This document shows, one piece after another, positions 1 through 13,989 of a DNA stretch of 64,000 bases (its first letter is position 1; each line of letters opens with the position of its first letter). Below the pieces are notes generated by a model. The model did not search any database, was not told the DNA's origin, and worked only from the letters and a program-made list of their open reading frames with translations. Origin of the DNA: Octopus vulgaris (taxonomy: Eukaryota); assembly GCA_951406725.2 (NCBI GenBank), contig OX597833.1:19840001-19904000 (forward strand), read 5' to 3'. Both the position numbers and the translations under genes were made by a program.

Positions 1-508
1 TAATGAAGATGGAAATCTTCTTGATAATGTGAAAACAAGAAAAATTTAGTGACTTTTGTATAATTCAGGCACAAAGGTCCATCATCAAAAGTGAACAGAG
101 TGAAGAAGAAGAGGACAAAGAAGAAGAAGAAGAACAACAACAACAACAATAACAACAAAAGGAAGAAAGAAAGAAGGCAAAGAAGGGGAAGGAGAATAAG
201 AGAAAAAGTGAATGAGATAAAGAAAAATAAGTATATAAATAAAAAATTAAATAAAAAGTAAAATAATAAGATTAATAGTAATGGAGAACAGTGGGGAAAA
301 TTTATGTAGATGTGGCAAGGTCACCTATTCAGTTCTATATATACACACAGACTTATAGGTCTCTTGACTTTTATAGCTTTGCATGTTTTCAACTACTTAT
401 TTATCTATCTTATTTATTAGATTTTTATTTAAAAATTTATTTTTTCTTGCTTCCGTTTACTTTCTTCTTTCCTTTTGTTATTGTATTGCTTCTTCTTCTT
501 CACACATG

Positions 509-544
<36 letters not shown>

Positions 545-546
<2 letters not shown>

Positions 547-832
547 ACCGACCAGGCTATCAGATGTTACTACACATCGCTGGTCACAATGCGCTTCGCA
601 TTGTTTTTTTTTTTTAGCCTTCAAATGACGCCACCCTACTGGCTAAGCGAGCAGGCCAACAGAAAAAAGAGTGAGAGAAAGTTGTGGCGAAAGAGTACAG
701 CAGGGATCGCCACCACCCACTGCCAGAGCCTCGTGGAGCTTTAGGTGTTTTCGCTCAATAAACACTCACAACGCCCGGTCTGGGAATCAAAACTGCGAGT
801 CCGCTGCCCTAACCACTGGGCCATTGCACCTC

Positions 833-835
<3 letters not shown>
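545..835 (-). mobile_element. tRNA-derived SINE (head GGAGGTGCAATGGCCCAGTGGTTAGGGCAGCGGAC)
   Basis: tRNA-like A-box head shared with 53363-53745; tail shared with 51043-51155; embedded in (TA)n. Confidence 0.8.
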
Positions 836-874
<39 letters not shown>

Positions 875-875
<1 letters not shown>

Positions 876-1238
876 TAGCACTATGACCCGGCGTTGCCAG
901 GTCATACTGCTAGTGCATGCATATACAGCTGCATGCATGCACACATACACGCGAGTACTGTCCAAATTTCCAACCAATCACATACAGCTAGCTGGCACTC
1001 AACTAGCATATCAAGTTTCGGGCATTTTGATTGGGTTTTGGATGGAAAATTCACAAAAACGTCACTTCTATTGATTTTTTAATGGCTTTGCAGAGTGACT
1101 TGGGAAATATAATGATGTGCATGACCACCCTTGGATGGTTTTGAATGACCATAGAAAGTGCGAACCCTCTAACTGAAAAATCGTGGATTTGTATAAAGGA
1201 CACGCACGCAGATATTTTGACGTTTATATATATAGAGA
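875..1238 (-). mobile_element. Non-autonomous Helitron
   Basis: On the minus strand: 5' TC(TC)TATATATA start, 3' GC-rich hairpin (GACCCTGGCAACGCCGGGTC) followed by CTAG|T. Confidence 0.7.
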
Positions 1239-1254
1239 TGTATATATTGGGAGA

Positions 1255-1436
1255 ATTTACAAAAAAACAAAAGGCAAAGACAGGTGGTGTAGACATCAAA
1301 CAGATGTATTAGTATAACGCTTGGGAAGTAAAAAAGTCTTTAATGTTTTGATGCTCTTCCACAGAAACAAACACAGAAAGAAACAAGGAGAGAAAATAAG
1401 GAATGAGTAGTAACTAGTGATCTATCATGGCGAATG
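1255..1436 (-). mobile_element. Short Penelope-type relic with decayed hammerhead-like motif
   Basis: Colinear with 15840-16030; decayed CTGTGGA-AGAGC..AAAACATT motif on the minus strand. Confidence 0.5.
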
Positions 1437-1445
1437 ATATATATA

Positions 1446-4400
1446 TCTATATATATAAAACTGAGAATGTGTGTCTGTCTGTCTGTGTGTTTCCCTAAAA
1501 CGCGAGAACTACACAGCCAATTTCGTTTAAATTTTACACATGCCTTACTTAGGGTCCAGGGAGTGTCATCAGCAAAAAAATTTTAACTTTTTCCCTAGGG
1601 CAACCCCATAGCAATATCATATCTTCTCCACTATTTCAGTATTATGTGTTAAAAGTGAAACAAAAACATCTCTCTATTGTAAAGCAGACACTTTCATTTT
1701 AATACTGAAACTATTAAACTGAAAGTATTATATAACAGGGATGAGCCATTAAAAGTGGTCATCCTTTTTGCTAGAAGATCAGCTATGGTCTTATATGCTA
1801 CACCACTGGTTTTCAATTCATATTAATCAACTTAATATTCAATTTTTCACCCTTATTATGTGTGTGTGTGTGTATTAGCAATTCATATAAAATTGCATCA
1901 ATGACTTGAACTTGAATAAGTGGTTTCACATAAATGGGGATAAATTAAAAAGGTTTGTTGTTATTATTATTACTGTTTGACTATTGTAATCACGTTTGTT
2001 GGTTCCTCGTAAGGGAAACATTGTTGTGTTGCATTTGTTAAATAATTGTAAACCATAACCCTCCCCCTTTCGGAGAAGGGGCTTTGATTATTGTTTAAAA
2101 ATTGAATTGTGTCCCTGTTTGGGGAAATTGACAATATTTTCACCGTCTTTACGAAAGCATTTTTGTTAAAATGCCTTCGATAGAAGAAAGTCCAACAATG
2201 AATTTCGCTGCAGCCGTACACTTCTATACAAGAGGAAGGACAAGATCCAATTGATCGAAATTACAAGAGACAGGCCTACAATTCCAGTCTGTTATATATT
2301 TTGAGTATTGTTATCACTAGCAATATCAAGATATAACTTTGTATTTTGTATTTTATGTGTAGATGTATATATATATAGATGTACATGTAATATGTACACA
2401 TATATATACACATATATACATGCATAATATATCTACACATACACACATACATAGGGGCAGGTGTGGCTGTGTAGTAACAAACTACATTCCAAACACATGT
2501 TCCAGGGTTCAGTCCCACTGTGTGGTGACTTGACATGTCTTCTGCTGTGGCCTCAGGCCAACAAAAGCCGGATCCATTCGCTCAAACCTTGCTGTATCCA
2601 CAGATTCCATTGTACTACACTTGGAATGGAAAAAAATGGGCCCCACGGAAAGCAGGTCAAAATGTTCATGGATACCCTGGCATTAAGTTTCACACTTGCC
2701 TTGGGCGAGTATACACAGTGCATCCCACTCAACAAGAGCGCTTCTACCTTCATCTACTACTGCATGAAGTCAGAGGGCCAACGTCTTTCCAGGCCCTAAA
2801 AACCATTCATGGACATGTCTGCACAACATACAGAGAAGCCTGCTATCGATAAGGTCTGTTAGAAGATGGTGCACAATGGGATGCAACTTTAGGAGAGGCT
2901 GCTTTATCACAATCACCTAAAAGTCTCAGGGCACTAGTTGCAGTATTACTACAGGCATGCGAACTGTGTGATCCAGCCACTCTATGGCTCAAATATAGAG
3001 ACAACCTGGCTGAAGACTTTCAGCGCCAAGCTCAACTGCTCTATCCTGACATGAAATCTATAACAGCAATGAAATCTATAACAAAACACTCATTGACATT
3101 GAAGACAGAATTGCTAAACTGGGTGGAAATGAATTGTCGATGTATGGCCTGTCACAAGCATTCAGATCAGGGTCAAATAGCCATCCCACTGCTGTCATTC
3201 ATGAAACAACCTACGACACTCAAGCGCTTTCAAAGTACATTATTGAAAATGAGCCTAATTTACTTCCGGACCAGCTGCAGGCCTACAGAACTATTCTTAA
3301 CAGTGTACGCCAATGCAAGGGACGAATCTTCTTCCTCGATGCTCTTGGAGGGACAGGAAAAACATTTATTACAAAGCTTCTCCTTGCAGAAGTTGGGTAG
3401 CATCAGGACATTGCAGTAGCTGTAGCCTCCTCTGGCATTGCAGCTACTTTGTTACCCGGTGGCAGGACAGCACACTCAACTTTTAAACTCCCTCTCAATT
3501 TAGCAGCATCCGAAATGCCTTCATGCAACATCAACAAAAGCTCAGATCAGGGACAAGTACTTAAAATGTGTCATCTAATTATCTGGGATTAGTGCACTAT
3601 GGCTCACAAGGGAGCTTTGGAAGCATTAGATAGAGCCCAGAAAGACATCCGAGACTGTCAGGCTCCAATGGGAGGTGTAACGTTTCTGTTGTCAGGTGAT
3701 TTCAGGCAAACTCTTCCTGTCATTCCGAAAGGCACTCAAGCAGATGAAGTCCAAGCATGCCTAAAGTCCTCAACCCTGTGGCATCATGTTACAATCCTCA
3801 GTCTCACCACTAACATGAGAGCTCAGCTACACGGTGACAAAATGTCCACAAAGTTTGCACAGGACATTTTGACACTTGGTGAAGGCAAGATGCCTCTCGA
3901 TGCTGCAGGACAAATGGAAGTGTGGTCATTTTCCTCTGTTGTTAATTCTGTAGATGACCTCAAAAACAAAGTCTTTCCCAACTTCACACAAAACTACCAA
4001 AATCACAATTGGCTGTGTGAAAGAGCAATATTAGCTCCAAAAAACGTCACTGTTAACAAAATTAATCAACAGCTAATGCATTCTCCTCCCGGCACTATAC
4101 ACACTTACAAGTCTTTTGATACAATTCCAGATATAAATGAAGTTGTGAACTATCTTCCTGAATTTCTCAATTCACTGGAGCCTCCTTGACTACCTCCACA
4201 CATATTAGCACTTAAAGTTGGAACTCCTGTAATACTACTCCCAATCTGGAACCACCAAGACTTTGCAACGGAACACGACTGGTGATAAAGAAAATGATGT
4301 CACAAGTTATCGAGGCAATCATTCTTTCTGGATGCGGAAAAGGGGATGACGTCTTTATTCCAAGAATTCCTCTTACTCCATCAGGAGCAGAAATTCCATT

Positions 4401-4701
4401 TACATTCAGAAGACTGCAATTCCCCCTTCATGTCAGCTTTGCCATGTCCATTAACAAATCTCAGGGTCAAACCCTCTCTGTAGCTGGTCTTCTCTTGGAA
4501 GAGCCCTGCTTCTCGCATGGGCAACTGTATGTTGGCTGCTCAAGAGTAGGAACCAAAAGAAACCTTTTTGTATATGCTCCACAAGGAAAAATAAGGAACA
4601 TTGTTTACGAGGTGTTATAATCTCAACAGCCAGAAGGTATATACATGACCCCCTTTTTTTTAACAAACTTCATGTACTTTCATGTATTTATATTAATATA
4701 C

Positions 4702-4759
<58 letters not shown>

Positions 4760-4831
4760 CCTTATATATATAACAGAAAAATCTAATTCTTCAATTGAAT
4801 GTAACCGGGCAACGCCGGGTATCTCTGCTAA
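1446..4831 (+). mobile_element. Decayed Helitron with Rep/PIF1-helicase remnant
   Basis: 5' TCTATATATATAAAA; 3' hairpin CCGGGCAACGCCGG then CTAA|T; internal helicase fragments. Confidence 0.9.
2550..4620 (+). pseudogene. Helitron RepHel (PIF1-like SF1 helicase) pseudogene
   Basis: Motifs ERFYLHLLLHEVRGPTSF, FFLDALGGTGKTF (Walker A), GDFRQTLPV, LTTNMR, RLQFPL, FAMSINKSQGQTL, FSHGQLYVGCSRV; broken by stops and frameshifts. Confidence 0.93.
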
Positions 4832-6140
4832 TATATATATATAAAAAATATATAAAAAAATACAAAATGGGACAAGAACGCAAAACACTCAAATAGACGA
4901 CACAAAAAACGGACAGGTCATTCGAAGCCTCTAATCTTCAGTCAAGAACCAGATAGAGGCTTTGAATGACACGTCCGTGCCGCACAACTTCATCCCAATT
5001 TTAGAATCTTTCCCCTCTACAAATTTAATGACAATGCCACTCATACCCAGTGAATAACCATGGAATCCCACCTTATTAATAAATACAGACCACTTCTAAA
5101 CACATCCCCCAAACACGAACCCACAACAAACACACTTACACCTGCACACACCCTACACACACTTTTACCCAGATATTAACACCATGACACACGCAAACAT
5201 ATGGTTCCACACATACACATAATTTGATACAGGTGCAAAACATCCAACACTATTTTTTGGAAATGACTGTAAATATTGACTTCACACAAACACGTTGCTT
5301 CTTGATACAGGCACAAGGCCAGCAGAACTATAAATATTGAAAAATTGTACCCACACACGCACGCCCCAACATACATATAAACACACACACACGCACACAC
5401 ATACGCGCACACACATACATACATATAGCCTACACCAACATTCATTCTAAACATTCAAGTGACCTCTCTATTATGACCACATTCACGTGACCTCTTTATT
5501 ATGACCAATAAGAAATTTTAGGCGCGATACCAGCCAAATTTTAACATCTCTGGAGCCTATTTTCTTACCCCAACACCAACTTCCATTCAAACATTCACTT
5601 CCATTCAAACATGACCCCTTTATAATGACCAATCAAAATTGTATTGACCATTGTCCACAAGAAATTTTAGGCGCGAAACCACTCTGGAGCCTCTTTTTTC
5701 ACATATAAGAGACAGCAAACCCAACATAAAGTCAGATAAGAGAAAAAAATCAATCAGAAAGGAACTCTATCTCACTCAAAATATCTTTTGATAAGCATAA
5801 CAAATGCGCAACCGGTAAATTCTTACTTTTTTTATTCTACACTGAAATCTGACATTGAACTTTTCCACAAAAATCTGTATATTACACGCTTTTACTAAAT
5901 ATCTTATTCTGAAACAGAACACTGTAAAAGACTCTTACTTTTTTTCTTATACACTGAAATCATTCACAAAAAATGAACATTGTATTCTAACCCAATTTTT
6001 CTCTTTTTTTTGTTTAAAAAAGAACTTTCACCTAATTAAATACACTCTCCCTTACTTAAATTATTTTGTCAGCATTTTCTTCATTTCTTTTTTTATATAT
6101 CACAACTCGTGTTCCACATCTCCTTTTTAAATATATTTTT

Positions 6141-6199
<59 letters not shown>

Positions 6200-6469
6200 G
6201 TATATATATATATATATTTTATGTGTTTATGAAGTTTTGAATGGAAAGAGGTTGCTCTTTCACAAGGATGCATGGCCACAGTCAACTGACTGAAACAAGT
6301 AAAATTATTACATATATCGGGAATAGCTTTCCTTTTAAACATGTTTTTTTAAAAGAAGATTTATGTTCCACTTCTTTTTATTTATGAAATAGGTTTTATC
6401 ATATATAAAACCAAAAGTCTATTGTTATATAAATATAAGCAAGAATTGTTGGAAAATATTGATTCTTAC

Positions 6470-6600
6470 GAGGAAGGCGGTCAAGTCTTGTCCATTTTCA
6501 AATGTGATCTTATTGTAACTGAGGTCTAATGTCGTCAGGAAAAAGTTGCTTTGGAGGCTTTTAATCAGAGGAGCCACATCTCGGTTTGTTAATGAGTTCT
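6470..6600 (-). CDS. LRRC74: LRR gene exon, 131 nt, phase 1->0: (E)NSLTNRDVAPLIKSLQSNFFLTTLDLSYNKITFENGQDLTAFL
   Basis: ttcttag acceptor, gtaag donor, LxxLDLSYN RI-type LRR; joins in frame with exon 11047-11140. Family assignment is from recalled similarity and needs a database search. Confidence 0.85.
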
Positions 6601-6774
6601 CTAAGAAACAAAAAAAAAAAATTTTGGTTGAAATATGAAAAATATTCAAAATAATTATAAATAAAATCAATCTTTAAAATAGAAAGAAGTAAGGAGAAAC
6701 AAAACAAAAAATAATGATGTATATTCATGTTTTTATTTAGATATGGGATTCTCTAGGTATTCTGTTTAGCATAT

Positions 6775-7286
<512 letters not shown>

Positions 7287-7302
7287 TTTATTTATATATT
7301 TA

Positions 7303-8113
7303 CTAGCAGTATTGCCCGGCTCGTGCGCTTGTGCGTTCTATGCACGTGCGAATTAAGCTAAACTTGGATGAAGTTCAATCAAAATTCAATTATTTTGGTT
7401 TTAAAATCAAGCATTTAATGCCCTCTATTTTTGCGCCTATGTGTTCCATTTCCTCAATAGGAAGTACGTAGAAGCGTTTTATAAATTTTTGTCGATCAAA
7501 TAATTGCATTGTTGAATTATTCTTTTAGATCAGTATTTCTCAACGGGGATTTCAGGGGAAAGTTTCAGGGAGTTGCTGGCGATGTATCGTGATGATCAAA
7601 AATCCAGCCTGCTAAAATTTGGTTAAAGTGATTCAAACTGCAGACTCAACGCAAAATGGTCACATTTAATTCAAAGCGTTAAAAATGTTATGAAAACAAT
7701 TGGTATGTGTTCACAAAGTCCAAACGATTAATACGAAAAATCCCTCGATGCTACATCCTGAAAATTAATTTCTTTGCCGAATTTCTACAATGTTTACGGC
7801 GATTCGTTTTTATATCTTGATTTTTTATTTTTCATGCAATTTACGCATGCTTGCACGCGTGGTGAACACAGTTCACGTCAAACAGCTGACTGAGTAAAGT
7901 TCACTATTCAATGCATGGGATAAGGCCTAAACAAACACGTTATACGATTTTTGCACTTGCGAGATGAATTTTGGAACAGAAATAGTGCAGTTCAATTTTC
8001 ATTCGCCTAAACTTTAAGTGACCCATTTTTGGTGGTTCTACGATTTGTTGGCTAGGAGGAGATGTGCCGGGAAGTTAAACACACAGACACATGTTGAGTT
8101 TTATATATATAGA
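7303..8113 (-). mobile_element. Non-autonomous Helitron
   Basis: Minus strand starts TCTATATATATAAAA and ends CCGGGCAATACTGCTAG|T. Confidence 0.7.
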
Positions 8114-8134
8114 TATATATGCATAAATCCTCCT

Positions 8135-8500
8135 CATCATCGTTTAATGTCTGTTTTCCATGCTGGCATGGGTTGGGCGGTTTGACTGGGAACTGGCAAG
8201 CTTGGAGGCTGCACTAAGCTCCAATCTGATCTGGCAAAGTTTCTACAGCTGGATGCCCTTCCTAATGCCAACCACTCTGAGAGTGTAGTGGGTACCTTTT
8301 ACATGCCACCGGCACAGGAACCAGTTAGGCGGCACTGGCATCGGCCACATTCGGATGGTGCTTTTTACATGCTGCCAGCAGAAGAGCCGGTCGTGTCTAG
8401 GGTGAGGGGAGCTGGCACCAACCATGTTCAGATGGTGCTTTTTATGTGTCACTGGCATGGGGAGCCAGTCAGGTGGCACTGGCATCAACCACAACTAAAA
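8135..8500 (-). mobile_element. RTE 3'UTR-derived retroposon with (GAT)n tail
   Basis: Same sequence as the 3' UTR that follows the RTE ORF end at 34196-34695. Confidence 0.75.
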
Positions 8501-9765
8501 TTTCCATTTTCATTTCGATTTGATTGAGATTCTGTTGGGATCAATTTCAGCTCAAAGCTGCAAACATGCAGAAAAATGTCCTGAGGTTGATTTGTTTGAC
8601 TAAAACCCTTTAAGGTGGTGCCCCAGCTTCATAAAAGATTAAAAATCAAATGATGCTGAAGATGATGAGACAGAAACAACTTGTAACATTTTTGGTCAGT
8701 TGCATTGAAGTGTATGGGGAGAAACTGAAACGACAATGCCAACATTCTGGGGGGGTGGGGCAGGGTTGAAGTGGGGTTGGGTTCAACAAAACATTTTGAG
8801 TTAATGACGGTGCTGAAAACACTAAGTAACACGATTATTGTTCTTGGGTAGTGTGGGATGAAGTCAGCAGCTGAGGAGCTGACCAGAACTTGGGGCTGAC
8901 CAAAAGAGGAAGGGGCAGGAGTGATGCGCGCGCAGGCAGGGGAGCATTGGGCCTTTTTGTTGATCAGGGTAGCCAACAGAGTTGGATGTGTGAGCGCTTT
9001 GTCAAGGTAGGGGAAAAGCAGCTGCTATTTCTAGCGTTTGGGTCGGGCCACATGGAAGGGTGCATTACCGCTGGAGACATCTGTGTCGACGAAGAGAAGG
9101 TAGGTGTCCTTATTTCAAATCTCCCGCATGCACCACAGGTAGCAACTGTTAATTCCTATTTACTTACTCTTAAAAAGCAAGAAAAATGACCCCAAAGAGT
9201 CCCTCTCAACACATGGCTATGATACTCTACCACTACACCTGCTCATGATCAGTGAGGCACATATGTATTGCCAGCCACTAAAGAACAAACTCAAGTGATT
9301 AAGGTCAAATAACTAACAAGTGACCTTGCTGTGAAATGCTAAACCTGTTTGAAATTTATGCAAAATAGGTCAGTTTTAAAACATTGATGTCTGGGATATG
9401 AAAGTAAAGTTTGAAGGGAATGGTAGTAATTTCCTTGCATTTCTAGATAGAAGCGAATAAGAAATAACACTTAACTGACCGAAAACAAAAAAATAGATAA
9501 ATAAAAATTTTGCTACACAGTTTAATTTAACAAACCAATATATAAATATATAAAATAATATAAAGAAGTAAAATAAAATGAACAGACATACAAATAAACA
9601 GAGAGGTAAATAGGTCGACGTTATAGAGTTTCATCATCATCATCATGAATAAACAAATTAAAATAGTTCCATTTTCAATTACAGTTGACTGATCATAAGA
9701 TTTAAAAACAAAGGTCACCAGTTTCAAACACAATTTCAACATTTCTAGATGTGTTTAATAAAATC

Positions 9766-9766
<1 letters not shown>

Positions 9767-9798
<32 letters not shown>

Positions 9799-10175
9799 TT
9801 AGCATCCGTTTTCCATGCTAGCATGGGTTGGACGGTTTAACTGGGGTCTGTGAAGCCAGAAGGCTTCATCAGGCCCAGTCAGATTTGGCAGTGTTTCTAC
9901 GGCTGGATGCCCTTCCTAACGCCAACCACTCCGTGAGTGTAGTGGGTGTTTTTTACGTGCCACCTGCACAGGTGCCAGACAGAGCTGGCAAACGGCCACG
10001 AACGGACGGTGCTTTTACGTGTCACCGGCACGGGGGCCAGCCGAGGCTGGCAACGAACACGAACGGATGGTGCTTTTACGTGCCACCGACACGGGGCCAG
10101 ACAGAGCTGGCAAACGGCCACAAACGGACGGTGCTTTTACGTGTCACCAGCACGGGGGCAAGCCGAGGCTGGCAA
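9767..10175 (-). mobile_element. RTE 3'UTR-derived retroposon with internal ~61-bp tandem repeats
   Basis: (CAT)n tail on the + strand; repeated GGTGCTTTTACGTG units; same family as 16069-16519. Confidence 0.8.
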
Positions 10176-10761
10176 AAAAAAAAATAGATAAAATAAATAA
10201 TTTAACCCTTTCAAGATTATATTTCTAATAAAATGCACTGTTGTGCTCAAATTAATTTTGAAAGTGTTGTGTCGAGACCCCCAGACGATGAAGTAGGCTA
10301 GCCCAATACGTAGATATAGAGGGAGATGTTTAGACGTCGAGGAGTTGAGTAGAGGTCATCCGAACATGCGATATAACAGTGGTGATGAGGATCTCATAGG
10401 TCACACAGCCACTGTGTAGTCTTGCAATATAACAGAAAGTGATCATGAAACTAGCAGGGATTTATTATCATTGTTTTAACGTTCGCTCTTTCATGCTTGC
10501 ATGGGTCAGACAGTCTTTATTTAGGCAGATTTACTATGACCAGATGCCCTTCCTGTCACCAACCATTGCCAGCTTCCAAGCAAAGTAATATACCACACAG
10601 CCACACCTGTCAGTGTTTGGAAGATAACTTAAAAACAAAAAGACTCTTAAAGAAAATTATGATGGGAGGTTTCACTTTAAATATGAACATTTTTAAAACA
10701 AGAAGATATTTTTGTATTATACAGCCAGAGGTACCTGCAGGTTGATTTGACATCAAAAGGA

Positions 10762-10991
10762 TTAACCCTTTTGATACCAACCCAGCTGAAACCGCCTCTG
10801 GCTCTATAGCACAAATGTCTTGTTTTCATAAGTTTTGAATTAAAATCTTCCACCAAACCTTAGTCACAATTTATGTTCCTAACACTTGCTGAATGATAAC
10901 TAAGATATTTTACTAAATTCTTTGTTATATTTAAAATAATTTGAATGAAACACAGAGCATCTCAAAATAAATACGGTAACGAAAGAATTAA
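10762..10991. mobile_element. piggyBac-like MITE
   Basis: TTAA-CCCTTTTGATACC ... GGTAACGAAAGAA-TTAA; imperfect TIRs with TTAA at both ends. Confidence 0.5.
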
Positions 10992-11046
10992 ACAAATCAA
11001 ATCTCTCTATGAATCTCAGTTCTAAAAGTCATATTATATTACTTAC

Positions 11047-11140
11047 CTGATAGATATAGACATGTCACAGAGTATGAAGCATCCAGAACGTCTGAAAGAG
11101 CTGAGATCCCTTCCATACCAATACAGTTTCTTGATAAGTC
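11047..11140 (-). CDS. LRRC74: LRR gene exon, 94 nt, phase 0->1: DLSRNCIGMEGISALSDVLDASYSVTCLYLS
   Basis: ttcaaag acceptor, gtaagt donor, DLSxNxIGxEG RI-type LRR motif; not in the ORF track. Confidence 0.88.
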
Positions 11141-11740
11141 CTTTGAAATTAAAAAAAAAAAAACCCATACAGCTTGTATGAAGATATCGTAAAGGAAAGT
11201 ATCTATATATATCTAATATAAAATTTGCATAAGGTTTAAATGTAAACTATAGCATTTTATGATGTAATCTGTATGTTTTCCAGTCCATGTCTCTTTCTGT
11301 TTCTCTCTTTGGTCAGTATGGGATTATAACAGAAGATGCTTGCTCAAGGTGCTATGCAACAGGACTGAACCCAAAACCATGTGGTTGGGAAGCAAGCTTT
11401 TTAACCACATAGCCATAATTGCACCTATTATACAAGGTGAATTTAATAAGTCCAGGCTCATTAACCTATTAACTTGTTTCAATTTATCACCTTTCAAAAA
11501 TGTGATTTCAAATTTTGACACAAGGTCAGCAATTTCGGAGGAGGGTCTAAGTCAATTACATCAACCCCAGTGTTCAACTGGTATTGATTTTATTGACCCC
11601 AAAAGAATGAAAGGCAAAGTTGACCTTGGTGGAATCTGAACATGGACAAATACCGCTAAGAATTTTACCCAACGTAATAATGATTCTGCTAGCTTGCTGC
11701 CTTTCTCTTATGTATACATTAACTAATATTTTATTTAAAA

Positions 11741-12129
11741 CTAGCAGTATCACCCGGCGTTGCTCGGGTTTGTAAGGGAAATAACTACATAAGCATTTTT
11801 AGTGAGTTATAGCCAAAAAATAGCAAAAAAATGCATTAAAAATGGAAAAAAATTATGGTAAATTTTTTAAAAATCGTTGACTCATCGTAGACATTTTTAG
11901 AGAGTTACTTCCCTTAGCGAAAAAAATGCATTAAAATGGAAAAAATGATGGTAAATTATTTTTAAAATCGTAGACTCATCGTAGATGTGCGCTAATACCC
12001 AGAAGGGCTCGATATGAATCACGACTATAAGATACCCGGTTTTGGTTAAACTGCACCGCAAAATGTGGGAGTAGTTAGGAATCTAAATCGTAGGAGACAG
12101 ACACACAACTTCACTTTTATATATAAAGA
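11741..12129 (-). mobile_element. Non-autonomous Helitron
   Basis: Minus strand 5' TCTTTATATATAAAA and 3' CCCGAGCAACGCCGGG...CTAG; homologous to 56114-56496 and the start of 28826. Confidence 0.85.
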
Positions 12130-12134
12130 TATTG

Positions 12135-12480
12135 GCATAGGCATGACTGTGTGGTAAGAAGTTTGCTTCCCAATTACATGGTCCTGGGTTCAGTCCCACT
12201 GCACGGCACCTTGGCAAGCATCTTCTACTATAGCCTTGAGCCAACCAAAATCTTGTGAGTGGATTTGATAAACTGAAAGTTCATTGTGTGTGTGTGTCTT
12301 TGTTTGTCCCCTCCACATTGCTTACATCTGTGTAACTTAGTGGTTTGGCAAAAGAGACCATTCAAATAAGTACCAGGCTTAAAAAGAAAACCAAGTACTG
12401 AGGTTGATTAGTTCAACTAAAATTCCTCAAGGTAGTGCCCCAGCATGGCCACAGGTCTAATGACAGAAACAAGACAAAAG
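12135..12480 (+). mobile_element. SINE family A, diverged copy
   Basis: Colinear with the other family A copies. Confidence 0.75.
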
Positions 12481-12653
12481 ATATGTTTGAATAGTAAGCA
12501 AAATATTTTGACACTGGTAAAAGAGTAAGGAGCAAGGGTGTAATGAAAAGTGCTGAGAACTACTGTTGCTTTTGTGGTTATTGTGATTAGGGTTAGGGTT
12601 AGGGTTAAAAATAAGGTTAGGGTTGAGAAATAAACAATTTAAATGGAACAGAC

Positions 12654-12761
12654 CAGACTGAAAATACTAATATTCCTCTGTAACATATTGGCAATGAGAA
12701 TCGCTCTTTCATTATCGATTTGGTTTTCAATCAGCTCCAAAACTTCGACTCTCCGGTTATT
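12654..12761 (-). CDS. LRRC74: LRR gene exon, 108 nt, phase 0->0: NNRRVEVLELIENQIDNERAILIANMLQRNISIFSL
   Basis: ttttcttag acceptor, weak gtctgt donor; LxLxxNxIxxxxAxxIAxML LRR continues directly into DLSRN of the next exon. Confidence 0.85.
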
Positions 12762-12999
12762 CTAAGAAAAATAATACAAATATAATTTTAATGTAAATAA
12801 AAATAAAGACAATTTATAAATACAGTAGTTTGTAAATTAATCTGGACAGGATCAAATTTTGTGATTTTTTTTCAGAATATGTTATAATCTCTGACTAAAT
12901 TAATGGAGTTTTTGTTGTTTTTCGCTCAAAATAATGAAGTTGTGACATCTGGCATCTAATCAGTTGTGGCTTCACTCCAGCACTCCTTTCCCTCAGTGC

Positions 13000-13845
13000 T
13001 ACACAAGAGCACGTTCTATATTGTTGTTCTTGCATGTGCTCATTATTGACCTTGGAATTCATGATGGATATCACACCCAGGAAGTATGCAAGAAATGTGA
13101 GCTCTAAGAAAAAAGGTTGGTTTTAATATCAGACAGATTGCTGAAAAAAATGAATGTTGGTGAAATTGTGAAGAGAGCTGAAGGCACTGGAATACAAGCA
13201 ACACTGCATCAAGGAAGATGTGGAAGATGACACAAGACAACACCTTACAATGATAAGGTTTCAATAAGAAATAGAATGAAAGATCCAAAGAAAACCAGCA
13301 AAGATCTTCAGAGAGATTTGGCTTTCAACTGGTGTAAATGCATCAACTTCAACTGCCTGATGAAGGACCCTTGAAGTTGGCAGACCTGCCAGAAAGCCAA
13401 TTGACTGTTGTTATGAAGAGAAAACATCTGCGCTTGGCATGAGATCATGTTGGATGGAAGGCAGAAGATTGGAGAAAGGTAATATATTTGGATGAATCAC
13501 ATTTTGAAGTGCATGGGTACAGATCAGTGTTAATGAGACAGAGCAAAGATGAGTCTCATCAACCAGGGCACATTGAACAAGCACCAAAACATGTACCTAA
13601 GATACTGCTTTGGGGTTTACTGCTGAAGGTCCAGGGTGCCTTATTAATGTTGAGGGAATTATGAATAGCCATCGTTTAGGCTCACTTGCTTCCCATCATC
13701 TAATGGAGATGATATTTTCCAGCAAGATCCCACTCTGTATCATGCTTCCAGGGAAATGGACGCGTTCTTCAGAGAAAGTGAACTAAGCATCCTTGACTGG
13801 CCTGGAAATTCTCTTGACATCAACCCCATTGAAAACCTATGTCAG
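13000..13845 (+). mobile_element. Decayed Tc1 transposase
   Basis: Remnant motifs DWRKVIYLDESHF, IFFQQD, LDWPGNSLDINPIENL. Confidence 0.75.
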
Positions 13846-13989
13846 AATTAAGAGTTTGCTGAATTGCTATTTTAGATTAAGAATTGCTATTGTTGTTGCT
13901 GTTGCTGTAATTGCCTTTTCTACAAGTCGAGCAGGGCCATCTCTCTGAAGGGATTTGTGATTTGTTTGCCTTCCTACTTATTAAGACTT

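Noticed and set aside
3051-4620. Host PIF1 helicase gene
   Set aside because: Multiple stops and frameshifts, and enclosed by Helitron termini
4917-4970. CTGAAGA..CGAA on the minus strand as a hammerhead
   Set aside because: No stem II pairing and GAAT instead of GAAA; only a short inverted repeat is supported
8629-9189. GC-richer ORFs of 99-115 aa on both strands
   Set aside because: No recognisable domain or splice signals; probably an old repeat fragment that I cannot classify
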